Shown piece by piece: positions 12,450 through 25,308 of a stretch of DNA of 64,000 bases. The number at the start of each line of letters is the position of its first letter. Positions within the stretch are counted from its first letter, which is position 1. Origin of the DNA: Mobula hypostoma (lineage: Eukaryota); NCBI RefSeq assembly GCF_963921235.1, contig NC_086097.1, positions 218,924,001 to 218,988,000 of the forward strand, given 5' to 3'. The position numbers and the translations under genes are program-made. Below the pieces are notes generated by a model, which ran no database searches, was not told the DNA's origin, and was given only the letters and a program-made list of their open reading frames with translations.

Positions 12450-12860
12450 TAGCGGTACAGCGCGGTACAGCACAGTACAGGTACTTTGGCCCACAATGTT
12501 GTGGCAACCTTTGAACCTGCACCAAGATCAATTGAATCCTTCCCTCCCACACAAATCTCCATTTTTCTTTCATTCATGTGTCTATCGAAGAGTCTCTTAA
12601 ATGTCCCCTATGTATCTGCCTCTACCACCAGTTCTGGCAGGGTGTTCCACACACCTACAACTCTGTGTAGTTAAAAAAAAAACCTACCTCTGACATCCTC
12701 CCTATACTTCACTCAAAACACTTTGAAGCCAAGTCTCTTGTATTAGCCTTTTCCGCCCTGGGAAAAAATCTCTCTTTGTCCGCTTGACCTTTGTCTCTTA
12801 TCACTTTGTGCACCTCTATCAAGTGACTTCACATCCTCTTCTCTCCCAAGAGAGAAGCCT
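12450..12860 (-). mobile_element. CR1-type LINE 3' end
   Basis: 3' UTR motif tacagcacagtacaggtactttggcccacaatgttgtg, with a WNTLP-type coding remnant upstream on the minus strand. Confidence 0.6.
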
Positions 12861-14554
12861 GAGATTATACTTAGATATATCTAGACTTTCTGTTCAGTGG
12901 ACTGATAGAATTTCTTAGGGTAAAGTGTGATGAACTCCCTTGCATGACTGACACATGCCACAGTGTATGATTGCATAGTCTTAAGTTGGTACAATCCAGT
13001 GAAGTTGTTAGAAAGAGGAAAGGTGGCCCTGCTACTTAAGTCACAATGTTCTGGTCTCCTCCTGATCTGATTTTGATTTTTGTTTTTGTTTTCTCATCTT
13101 CCTCGTTAACCATTGCCTTGTTGCCTCCCTGAGGTGTTAATACCTTCATGGTTGAATTTATTGACTATTTATCTATTAAGATAAAATTAGAAACCTAAAC
13201 AAAGGTGTAAGTGTGTCTATTTATTTCTGAAGTTGAGCTTCTATTAATTTCAAAAATTTCACCAGACACAGTTGTTTTCTGCACACCAAAAAGCATTAAT
13301 AACTCCTGAAATATCCACTTCACCAGGAAGATGGAAGATTTTCAGCCATAGCATCTCCATTACTTAGTTTGGATTATCCTCCTTTGTTTGATCTGCTCCT
13401 CGGACTTCTTGTACTCCCTCTTCATTGCTTTGTTGTAAACCCATCATAAGTATTTGTGGCTTTTTCTCTCTGTCTTCCAGCGATAAAGTTATAAACAGTA
13501 AGATGCAGTCATTTCTCCATGACTTTAGCAATAATATCATTGCAACATCTTCCATCATAAACAGGCATTACTACAGACTAAAATTTCTTTAATTTCATTA
13601 GTTATCACAGAAACCCTACTAAAACTTTGTAACAAACGATACACATTGGGATTTTTTTTAGCACTAATTTCAATTTAGATGGGTGAATGTCTACCACCCA
13701 TCTAAATTGATACATCCATAATATCAATGAAGATGCTTGGCTGCTGCAGTTCCTGAACGTAACTCATTATCGTATTATGACAGAATTTTCTCTGCTTCAT
13801 TTTCTTGATCTGAATTCAATCCAGTTATATTTGATACATACCATGTGAAAATTAACCTGCATAGAAAAATGAAACAAGTCTGACTTTATTAACAATGTAT
13901 CTTACATGGTAATCTTTCAGATAAATGAATCCTATCACAGCAGTTTTAAAACCATTAAAGCATATTTAAAGTAGATTGAAGGAAAAATAAGTTCATTTGA
14001 TTCCAGTTTTTTAAACTTTATTTCAACTGTTGCAACTCATTTAAAAAAATAAAGACTACATGCAAGTCCCTCAATCATTTAGAGTCTGCATTAGTTCTTT
14101 CTTGTAAGATTGAACTCCTTTGGAGCATTGTATTTGTAACAGTAGAATCCTGGAATCATAGAAGTGTGGGAGGGAGAGAAGCCAGAATATGTTGAAATGC
14201 AACATATCAATGTGTATGTCTCGTCCCTATTTTGAAAGTTCTTGCAGAATTACAATTAAATATAATTAGCTGATATTGTTAGTCACAACAGACTTAAAAT
14301 GATAATAGTGGCTGTCAGTTCTGCCTGAAGGATTCGCAAGCTTCAAGACAAGTAGAAATCTTTCTCCCTTGATGAATCCCCAGAAGAACAGCAAAAATTC
14401 TCTTCTACATCTTTGGTAGGTTGTGGGATTACCTCACTTGTCCTGTTTTCCTGCTTGCACAGGTAATAACATCAATGCTATCCAAGTTCTCAAGGATTTG
14501 TTTAATATAAAGACAGAATTTTATAGATCCTTGCAAATGCAATGTAAACCTTTT

Positions 14555-15403
14555 GTCAAAGGGGTTGAATCAGCATACAGGAGGAAGACTGAAAACTTGG
14601 CTGAGTGATGTAATAACAACTTCTCACTCAATATCAATAAGACCAAAAAACTGATTGTAGACTTCAGGAGAGGGATAACAGAGGTCCATGAGCCAGTAAT
14701 CATCAGAAGATCAGAGATGGAGAGGGTCAGTAACTTTACATTCCTGGGTCAGAGGACCTGACCTGGACTCATCATATAAATATTATTGCAAAGAAAGCAC
14801 GACAGTGCCATGACTTCCTCAGGAGTCTGAGAAGTTTTGGCGTGCCATCGAAAACCTTGGCAAACTTCTATAGATGTGTGGTGGAAAGCTGACTGGCTGC
14901 AGTACTGCTTGGTTTGAGAACACCAATGCCTTTGAGCAGAAAATTCCTATAAAAGATAGTGGATTCAGCCCAGTACATCATGGGTAGAACCACTGAGCAC
15001 ATCTACATGAAATATTGCCGTAGAAAAGAAGCATCCATCGTCACCACCCAGGCCATGCTTTTTCCTCACTGCTGCCTTAGAAGGTACAGGAGGAGCCTCA
15101 GGACTTGCACCACCAGGTTCAAAAACAGTTACTACCCCTCAACCACCAGGCTCTTGAACAAAAGGGGATAGCGACACTCATTTAAGGACTCTTAAATTGT
15201 TATTTTATGCTCGTTATTTATTGCTATTTATTTTTATCTACATTTGCACAGTTTGTTTACAGTTAACAGTTCCTGATGTTTACAGTTTACAGTTACTGAT
15301 CTGTGGATTTGCTAATTATGACTGTAGAAAAAGAAGCTCAGGGTTGTATGTGGTGACATGTATGTACTCTGATAATAAATTTTACTTTAAACTTTGAACC
15401 TTG
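14555..15403 (+). mobile_element. Rex1/Babar-type LINE 3' fragment
   Basis: NNFSLNINKTKKLIVDFRR and TTRFKNSYYPSTTRLLN, with tail aataaattttactttaaactttgaa. Confidence 0.8.
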
Positions 15404-15461
15404 AAAAGGTAAAACCTACAAAATTACTAGAATTCTAATTATTTTAATTTTTCCTGTCCAG

Positions 15462-15490
15462 GTATTGGTGCTCCGGATGAATTTGATCAG
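15462..15490 (+). CDS. C8orf34: C8orf34 29-nt microexon
   Basis: Polypyrimidine tract, then tccag|GT ATT GGT GCT CCG GAT GAA TTT GAT CAG|gtaaat. Encodes SIGAPDEFDQ (human SIAISDELDK as recalled). Supplies the phase 1 to 0 change needed to join the flanking exons. Confidence 0.85.
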
Positions 15491-16871
15491 GTAAATCCTT
15501 TTCCCCTCTTCCTTTACTTACAGTATATATCATATTGTGTGTCTCCATGTGTGAAACTTTCCTGTTTTCGCTTATGTTATCTACACACATATGTGGCAGC
15601 AATTTTTAATAATAGTAACCAAATATTGTAATGAAATTCATGTTCAGTTCATGCTGTAGATGCTGCACTCTGCCTGAGAAACTCGTTGCTAATAAATATT
15701 GCGGAAGGCAACCAGTGCAAACTGCAGAATTGAATCTTTAACCTGGGAACAGTATCATGACTGAACGACCTGCACGTCTTTATGAAAAGATGGATTGTAT
15801 TTGCAGAAGGAGCTGCAGGTGATACTTAATAGAATCTGACCTTGGAAACACTTATGAATGAAGCCGTGTGGAAGAAAGGGAGGTGCACCATTTTCTGAAA
15901 CTCCTTTGGAGGCGTTGGTGGAAGAGGAAGTGATCTTCTATCTCAAGGAACTTGGGAATCCTTCAGCCAAATACTTCAAATACAATGATAGGAGACACTT
16001 GTTGCAGTGGAAGAGGAAGCCCTGAGGACCTAGATGCATTGCCAAAAGTTGGGTGGCCTTGTATGAATGGCAGGGTGAATATATCTTGAAATGCCATAAT
16101 CAGTTGAGTGAACTACTAATTTTAGTCACTATTTCATGTACTTGAATCTTGTTATTTACCCATCTATCTCTATCAATCAGAATCTTTAAACATCCCTCAT
16201 AGATTTACCTCAGACTTGCAGAGTCAGCATTTACTTCATGCCTGATAGATGTATTTGGCAGAGACTGCCACATATTCAACCACCACCCAGATCTTACTGT
16301 CTGACATGGACTGAATCATTTCCTACATTCTCCCAGGACATGTTGAATATAATTTGTGACGAGGACAATAAACCAGCAGGGGGCCAATATGGTAAGATAG
16401 CTCTGCGCACATGGAAGATGTGGTGTTTGTCAGTATTGCTTCAAGTTAAGGTATGTTCATCTTCTCCCACCTCAGTTACGATCATAAGAAATAAAAACAG
16501 AAGTAGATTATTTTGCCCATCAGTCTTGCTTTGCCTATATATGAGGATCAGATAAAATCAGAATCGACTTTGTTATCACTGTCTAATAAGATGTGAAATT
16601 ATTATGGGTGACCTTCTCCCTCAAACATAATTTCTTTACTTTTGTCTCTTTATTATTCAGAAATCTATGGAACTCTTTTGAAGCTAATTTGTGACTGAGC
16701 CTCTACATCCCTTTGAAGTTGAGTCTTTTGAGTGAGGCATTTTTACTAAAAGTCTTGCCCCCTTATTTTGAGACGATGACCACCTCCCCCTCAGTTTGGA
16801 CCCCCTCACTTCGGGAACCATGCTTCTGGTGTCTACTGTTTACAATTTTGTATGTTTCAGTGTCGACTCTC

Positions 16872-18262
16872 ATTAGCCTGACATCGATGGTGGGGAAAAT
16901 GCTAGAGTCAGTTATCAAAGATGCGATAACAGCACACTTGGAAAGCAGTGAAATCATCGGACAAAGTCAGCATGGATTTGTGAAAGGAAAATCATGTCTG
17001 ACATACCTCAGAATTTTTTGAGGATGTAACTAGTAGAGTGGATAGGGGAGAACCAGTGGATGTGGTATATTTGGATTTTCAAAAGGCTTTTGACAAGGTC
17101 CCACACAGGAGATTAGTGTGCAAACTTAAAGCACACGGTATTGGGGGTATGGTATTGATGTGGATAGAGAATTGGTTGGCAGACAGGAAGCAAACAGTGG
17201 GAATAAACGGGACCTTTTCAGAATGGCAGGCAGTGACTAGTCGGGTACCGCAAGGCTCAGTGCTGGGACACCAGTTGTTTACAATATATATTAATGACTT
17301 AGACGAGGGAATTAAATACAGCACCTCCAAGTCTGCAGATGACACGAAGCTGGGTGGCAGTGTTAGCTGTGAGGAGGATGCTAAGAGGATGCAGGGTGAC
17401 TTGGATAGGTTAGGTGAGTGGGCAAATTCATGGCAGATGCAATTTAATGTGGATAAATGTGAGGTTATCCACTTTGGTGGGAAAAGCAGGAAAACAGATT
17501 ATTATCTGAATGGTGGCCGATTAGGAAAAGGGGAGGTGCAACGAGACCTGGGTGTCATTATATACCAGTCATTGAAAGTGGGCATGTAGGTACAGCAGGC
17601 GGTGAAAAAGGCAAATGGTATGCTGGCATTCATAGCAAGAGGATTCGAGTACAAGAGCAGGGAGGTACTACTGCAGTTGTACAAAGCCTTGGTGAGACCA
17701 CACCTGGAGTATTGTGTGCAGTTTTGGTCCCCTAATCTGAGGAAATACATTCTTGCCATAGAGGGAGTACAAAGAAGGTTCACCAGATTGGTTCCTGGGA
17801 TGGCAGGACTCATATGATGAAAGACTGGACCGACTAGGCTTATACTCTCTGGAATTTAGAAGATTGAGGGAGGATCTTATTGAAACGTATAAAATTCTAA
17901 AGGGATTGGACAGGCTAGATGCAGGAAGATTATTCCTGATGTTGCGGAAGTCCAGAATGAGGGGTCACAGTTTAAGGATAAAGGGGAAGCCTTTTAGGAC
18001 CGAGATGAGGAAAAACTTCTTCACACAGAGAGTGGTGAATCTGTGGAATTCTCTGCCACAGGAAACAGTTGAAGCCAGTTCATTGGCTATATTTAAGAGG
18101 GAGTTAGATATGGCCCTTGTGGCTAAAGGGATCAGGGGGTATGGAGAGAAGGCAGGTACAGGGTTCTGAGTTGGATGATCAGCCATGATCATACTGAGTG
18201 GCAGTGCAGGCTCGAAGGGCTGAATGGCCTACTCCTGCACCTATTTTCTATGTTTCTATGTT
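16872..18262 (+). mobile_element. Young CR1-clade LINE, 5'-truncated, inserted into an older minus-strand CR1 (about 16490-18760)
   Basis: [49 protein letters not shown]. Tail (TTTCTATG)n. Confidence 0.93.
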
Positions 18263-19059
18263 TTTCCAAATTTTAGCAGCAGAGACCTGACCTCCTCAAC
18301 CTCTCGTCAGTTGACAGATACATCATTTCCAAGCACCACTCTGATGATTTATTTCTGTTCTCTCTCATAGCAAGTACATCCTTTTTTTTGAGGTACGGGG
18401 ACCAAATTTGTGTGCATTTCTTGCACCAAGGCTCTATGTAAGGCTGGTTTACTCTAATACTCAAATCCTTTAGCAATAAGAACTGACACATATTTGCCTC
18501 TGTTGCCTGTTGTAACTGCACATTAGTTTTCAGTATCTTGCATGCAAGATATCTAAGTCCATTTAAGCACTAGCATTTTTAATCTCTCGCCACTTAAAAA
18601 AAAAATCACAGCATTTCTTTTTCTTTGACTGAAGTGGGTTTCCTCACAAGTCATCAACAAATTTGGTCCCCTCTGCCAAATTGTCAGAATATATTGTGTC
18701 GTGTTGGTAGCTCATCAGCATTTTCTGAGATATCCCACTGGTCATAGTCACCAACTTGCATCATCTCCATCTTAGAGGCAACATCTCTCAACTGCATGCA
18801 TCAAACTGCAGCACATGGAAAACACATGCATATACTCCAAGACTTCATTGACTGTTTCACTGAGGCATAGAGGATGACCTTTGCCCTTAACATCTGTAAA
18901 GAAAAGGCCTTTTACAAAACTGCTTCTTCTGTACAACGAGGCTTCCAGACAATAAAAGTCTATAATGATATCCTGGAAAATGTGAACCATATCTTGATAC
19001 ACCCCTCAGTGAGGCGACCAAGATGTTGAAGTTCACCAATGCCAGAACATTGAGGACGT

Positions 19060-19618
19060 TTGGCATCCTGTATTGGCTAATCCAGAATTTGAGGCCTGGA
19101 GTTTGAGTCCTCATCCAGTGACCTCAGTCATCATTGGCAGGTATTGGGTCGATACCCATGATTGAAGCCCAAAGGTTGATAGGAAGTCCAGATTGAAGCC
19201 CAGAGGTCAATTGGAAGTCCAGGAATCAAGGTCTGATAGCCTGAGCCCCAAGTCTGTGAATCTCTGCGAATCTACTAGGGAGGTCAGTGGCCCAATGTCT
19301 GCGAATCCACGAATCCACTGGAGGCCAGAGGCCGAAGAGAATGACCTACTCTGAGGTTAGAGGATGTGTATGTAGGGGGGTGGGAGGGAGGAATGGAACT
19401 TGTTTTGTTGTTATTGCTTTGTCACTTGGTACGTTCAGTTTTGTTGTGTTCTGTGTCATTCTGCCAGCTATGGTGGGGATGCTATATTGGTGCCAGAAAG
19501 TGTGGAGACACTTGCAGGCTGGCCCCAGCAAATTCTTGGATGTGTTGGGTGTTGACACAAATGACACATTTCACTGTATGTTTTAATATACATGTGATTA
19601 ATAAACCTGAATCTGAAT
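19060..19618 (+). mobile_element. Non-autonomous retroelement sharing its tail with the V-SINE at 53700-53970
   Basis: Shared motifs (gct)at(a/g)ttggtgc...gaa(a)gtgtgg and acacatttca(c/t)tgtatg. Ends aataaacctgaatctgaa. Confidence 0.45.
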
Positions 19619-20589
19619 GGCCCCGGTGTGCCTGTACATCCTTCAGCTGTCAGAGGAACAGAAAGTAACAAAGATTGTTGTATAGGATCCCAGTATATGG
19701 ACCTAAATAGAAGCTCTGTAAACAGTAGTATGTTTTGATAAAAAGGCTTGCCAGAATGTTGCAAGAAGTTTGTTTTTCCAGAGCCACCTCTCAATGAAGA
19801 AATTGATGAATCAGCTTCAGATTTTGCACGTCGGAGCCAAGGAATACTTTAAGAGCCATGCACAGAGTAAAGATAGATCTGAGTAAGAATCCAACTTTGC
19901 CTGTCCTGGTGAGGTTCCCCTTTCCTATTCCCAGATCCATGGAAGAATTCATCCGACCTCTTACATTTGTTCAGCAGAATAAATTACCACGGTATACAAC
20001 AACTTCCCTGGGGAAGACAACCGGTTTCTGATATTCATTTATTTCATGCACACCTCCAACACATCATTTTGGCATTTGGTATTCATCAAGTACAAGTTAT
20101 CCCCTCTTTTTCAATAGATTCAACCTCCTTTTTAATATTACATACTATCACTTATTTCATTTCCCCCAACAAATGAGTTAACTCTTGAGAACATGAGTAA
20201 TGTCGGAGGCTCATCCTGGATATAATGTGGAAGAATCACATAAAGGGAGGATTCCTCCCAAAGAATTCATCAGGTAAGCAAAATGAACAGCTTGTATACC
20301 ACCTCCCTAATATATGTAATATATTACCTAGTAATAACATTTTATTTACTCTGGAGGCATATGTTTTGTGCAGTATGACACTATAAGGGACTAATAAAAT
20401 ATTTATTGTTCTGAGATTGCTGTGACTCATTACACATCCACCAGCACACAGAGTTGTTGAGATTCATAGTCTTTTATTTTGCAATAAAATAATACCAATG
20501 TGGATTGAGCAGTACTTTGGTAAATTCTAATGTTTCTTATAGCAATATTTTCTTTGAATAAGAAACTCAGGACTAATAACACTAGTGAC

Positions 20590-21340
20590 TACACTGAGTG
20601 CCCTCCTCTTCTCCCTATACACCCCTGACTGTGTTGCCACGCACAGCTCCAGTCTGTTGATCAAATTTGCAGATGACACAACATTGATAGGCCTTATTTG
20701 CAACAATGATAAGACAGCCTCCAAAGGAAAAGTCAGTGCCCTGACACAGTGGTGCCAGGAAAACAACCTCTCCCTCAATGCCAAAAAAACGAAGGAGTTG
20801 ATCGTGGATTACAGGAGGAATGGAGACAGGCTGGCCCCTATGCTCTGTAGTTGAGAGGGTGAGTAGTTTCAAGTTCCTCGGTGTTCACATCACTGAGGAT
20901 CTCAGCTGGACTGTAGGTACCAGCTGTATGGTGAAAAAAGCACAATAGCACCTCTTGCACCTCAGACAGCCAAAGATGTTTGGCATGAGAGCATCCTGAT
21001 TGGCTGTGTCACCGCCTGGTATGGGAACTGTACTATCCTTAATTGCAGGGCATCGCAGAGAGTGGTGCAGACAGCCCAGTGCATCTGTGGATGTGAACTT
21101 TCCTCTGTTCAGGACATTTACAGCATCAGGTGCGTAAAAAGGGGCCTGGAGGGTCATCAGGGACTCCAGCCACCCTAACCGCAAACTGTTTCAGCTGCTT
21201 CCATCTGGCAAACAGTACCACAGCACTAGGCCTAGACCAACAGGCTATGGGAGAGATTCTTTCACCAGGCCATCAGATTTATCAATATATCATTGATCTG
21301 GTTGCATATCTGACTATACATTGTATCTGATTGTGTATCT
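20590..21340 (+). mobile_element. Rex1/Babar LINE fragment
   Basis: LFSLYTPDC...IKFADDTTLIGLI...LSLNAKKTKELIVDYRR. Confidence 0.85.
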
Positions 21341-21341
21341 G

Positions 21342-21470
21342 TCTGACGAAGGGTCTCGGCCTGAAACGTCGACTGCACCTCTTCCTACAGATGCTGCCTG
21401 GCCTGCTGCGTTCACCAGCAACTTTGATGTGTGTTGCTTGAATTTCCAGCATCTGCAGAATTCCTGTTGT
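21342..21470 (+). mobile_element. Penelope-like terminal unit; hammerhead core intact but helix I 5' arm truncated
   Basis: tctgacgaagggtctcggcctgaaacgtcgactgc...catctgcagaattcctgttg. Confidence 0.82.
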
Positions 21471-21907
21471 TTATGTATACATTCTTAGTGTCTGGGCAAT
21501 ACCTTCCCACATTTCCCTTCCTTATTGTTGTATATAGCTTGCTGCTGCTGTAGACATGAGCTGTTTCATTCACTGAAAAATGCAGATGAAATTTAATTGT
21601 TAACAAACATCCTTCCCTCTGATGGAAATAACATCATCGACAAAGCAGATGAAAATGGATGTGAAGATGGTGTGAGGGAAATAAACATGAGGCACAAGTT
21701 CAGCCGTAATCTTATTTAATGGTGCCAACAACTCAAAGGGCTGGATGATCCAATTCTAGTGATTAATGGTAACACAAACTTTTAAAGAGATACAGACTCC
21801 TTTTCTGAAAGCCATTAGTAGCTGATTTTTCTAATCATTGTGATCTTTCTAAACATTCAAAATAGAAAATACAATTAATTTCATCTATGTGTTTCAGTAG
21901 TATTGGG

Positions 21908-24086
21908 TTAACACATCCTGGTGACACATAGGGAGATAGCATAGTCGACCACAATTACTCTCCCTCCCGCAACGCTGACAAAGCGCTCCTCCAGCTGCCA
22001 TTTGGAAAGCCGGATCACTCCTCTGTCTTGCTGCTGCCAAAATACAGGCAGAAGCTGAAATAAGATGCGGCCATAGTTAAAACCGTCCTCTGTTGGTCCA
22101 ACCAATCGATCTCCATGCTACAGGACTGCTTTGATGATGTCAATTGGAATGTTTTTCATAATGAGGATGTCTCCAAATTCACGGATGGGGTCATGAGTTT
22201 CATCAGGAAGTGCATCGAGGATGTTGTCTCCCAGAAATCGTTCAGGGACAATCCAAACCAGAAATGATGGATTAACAGTTCCGTGCGAGCAGCACTTATC
22301 ATGAGACACAGAGCTTACGTTGCCGGTGACCTACAGGAACTCAAGGAATGCAGCTACAATCTGCACAAAGTCATCAAGGCAGTGAAATGACAATACAGGG
22401 ATAAGATACAGACGCAACTCTCCACCGATTAACAGACACAGCTTATGGCAAGGTTGACACACCATCGCAGACTTCAAAGCCAAATGCAGTGAAGTTTCCA
22501 ATATCACTGCCTCTCTCCCAGATGAGCTAAATCTTTTGTACACTGGATTTGATGTTTCCAACACAGAGCCCCTGAGGAGAGCCAGTGATGTGACCTCTGA
22601 GGCTGAAGTACACAGGTGTTTCCAATGACTGGACAGTTGCAAGGCTGCGGGACCGGACGGCATCCCAGGGCGAGTACTCAGGATGTACACAGCACAACTG
22701 GCAGGTGCGTTTACAGACATTTTTAATCTCTCCCTCTCACAGTGTAGAGTGCCCTCTTGCTTCAAAACATCCACCATTGTTCCTGTACCTAAAATGACCA
22801 AGGTAACATGTCTGAATGACTGGGATCCTGTCACACTCAGTTCAATAATAAGCAAATGCTTTGAGAGGCTGGTCAAGGATTACATCTGCAGCTTGCTCCC
22901 ACCCACACTGGACCCCCTACAGATGACGCAACAGCCACTGCTCTACACACCGTCCTTACACATCTGGAGAAGAAGGATGCTTATGTGAGAATGCTGTTCT
23001 TGGACTACAATTCAGCATTCAACACCATAATTCCCTCCGGGCTCGACAAGAAGCTCAGAGACCTCAGCCTTCACCCTGCCTTGTAGAGCTGGATCCTGGA
23101 CTTCCTGTCAGATTGGCAGCAGGAGGTAAGGGTGGGCTCCCTCACCTCTGCCCCTCTGATCCTCAACACAGATGCCCATCAGGGCTATGACCTAAGCCTC
23201 CTCCTTTACTTTCTGTGTACTCATGACTGTGTCGCCACCCACAGCTCCAATCTGCCAATTAAATTTGCTGATGACACTACACTGATTGGCCTAATCTCAA
23301 ATAATAATGAGGCAGCCTACAGAGAAGAGGTCATCACCCTGACACGGCATTGTCAAGAAAACAACCTCTCCCTCATTGTCGCAAAAACAAAGGAGCTGAT
23401 TGTGGACTACAGGAGGAATGGAGACAAGCTAGCCTCTATTGACATCAGTAGATCTGGGGTTGAGAGGATGAACTGCTTTAAGTTCCTCGGCATACACATC
23501 TCTGAGGATATTACGTGGTCTGTACGTACTGGCCGTGTGGTAAGAAAAACACAACAGTGCCTCTTTCACCTCAGTCGGTTGAAGAAGTTTGGTATTTTGT
23601 TCCCAAATTCTAAGGACTTTCTGCAGGGGCACAATTGAGAGCATCCTGATTGGCTGCATCACTGCCTGGTATGGAAACTGTACTTCCCTCAATCACAGGA
23701 CTCTGCAGAGAGTGGTGTGGACAGCCCGGCGCATCTGTAGATATGAACTTTCCACTATTCAGGACATTTACAAGGACAAGTGTGTAAAAAGGGCCCAAAG
23801 GATAATTGAGTCACCCCAACCACAAACTGTTCAAGCTGCTACCATCCGGGAAACAGTACCGCAGCATAGAAGCCAGGATCAACAGGCTCTGGGACAGCTT
23901 CTTCCACCAGGCCATCATGCTGATACAACTATATTTCTATGTTAAATTGACTGTCCGGTTGTACATACTATTTATTATTAATTACTATAAAATGCACATT
24001 GTACATTTAGATGAGATGTAATGTAAAGATTTTTACTCCTCATGTATTTGAAGGATATAAGTAATAAAGTCAATTGAATTCAACTC
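21908..24086 (+). mobile_element. Rex1/Babar LINE, long decayed copy
   Basis: [67 protein letters not shown]. Tail aataaagtcaattgaattcaa. Confidence 0.9.
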
Positions 24087-24607
24087 ATTGTTAGTACTGA
24101 AATATTTGCATGACTGACTTCTGGATAAACTCAACTTTCCTGGACCCCTTAACATCTGTTCCATAGTGCTTGCTGTTGCAGTGGTGGGCAGGTTCAAACA
24201 ACACTCACCTCAGAACAAGTATGAAAAATATCAAAATTGAGCAACTGACTTGACACTACAGAACTGCCGAACACTCTGAATATATATGGCATCCACTCAG
24301 AAAATTTGCAAATCCATTACAGACTATTAAATCAACAAAACACATAAAATACAACCATTAAAAAATTAAAAATTCCCAAACACTCAAGCAATTAAAAAAA
24401 ACCTAAAAATTTCTAATGTTTTGCCAAATTTCTTCACAGCAGGCCACCCCAATTTGAGGTAATGGTGAATTAGTCCTTACTCAGGTCCTTTATAGTGAAT
24501 CCACAACAACGATGGACAAGTGCTAGTAAAAGTGATTGGTTCTTTATAGTTCATACAGGCACAGCAAATTGAACAGATTGTTTGCTTATTGTGTAATTCC
24601 GACTATA

Positions 24608-25308
24608 ATGCTGACCTGTCCTGGACCCATCATATAAATATAATTGTAAAGAAAGCACGACAGCGCCTCTACTTCCTCAGGAGTCTGCGGAGATTCAGCA
24701 TCTCATCAAAAACCTCGATGGACTTCTGTAGACGTTTAGTGGAAAATGTATTGACTGGCTGCATTACAGCCTAGTATGGAAACACCAATGCCTTTGAATG
24801 GAAAATTCTACAAAAGTTAATGAATTCAGCCCAGTACATCACAGGTAAAGCCCTCCAAACCAATGAGCACATCTACATGAAATGTTGCCTTAGAAAAGCA
24901 GCATCCATCATCAAACACCCTCACCACCGAGGCCATGCTCTTTTCTCACTGCTGCCATCAGGTAGAAGGTACAAGTGCCTCAGGACTCGCACCACCAGGT
25001 TCAAGAACAGTAACTACCCCTCAACCATCAGGCTCTTGAACAAAAGGGGATAACTACACTCATTCTATTTCTGGTGTTCCCACAACCAAATATCTCTCTT
25101 TAAGGACTCTTTATTTTGTTATTTCATGCTCTTTGTATTTATTATTATTTATTTATATTTGTAGTTGCACAGTTTTTTTGTTCATTGATCCTGTTTACAG
25201 TTGCTGTTCTATAGATTTGATGAGTAAGCCTGCAGGAAAAAAATTCTTGGGATTATATGTGGTGACACGTATGCACTCTGATAATACATTTTACTTTGAA
25301 CTTTGTAC
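24608..25308 (+). mobile_element. Rex1/Babar LINE 3' fragment (same family as 14555-15403)
   Basis: DLSWTHHINIIVKKARQRLYFLRSLRRF, HALFSLLPSGRRY, TTRFKNS. Confidence 0.85.
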
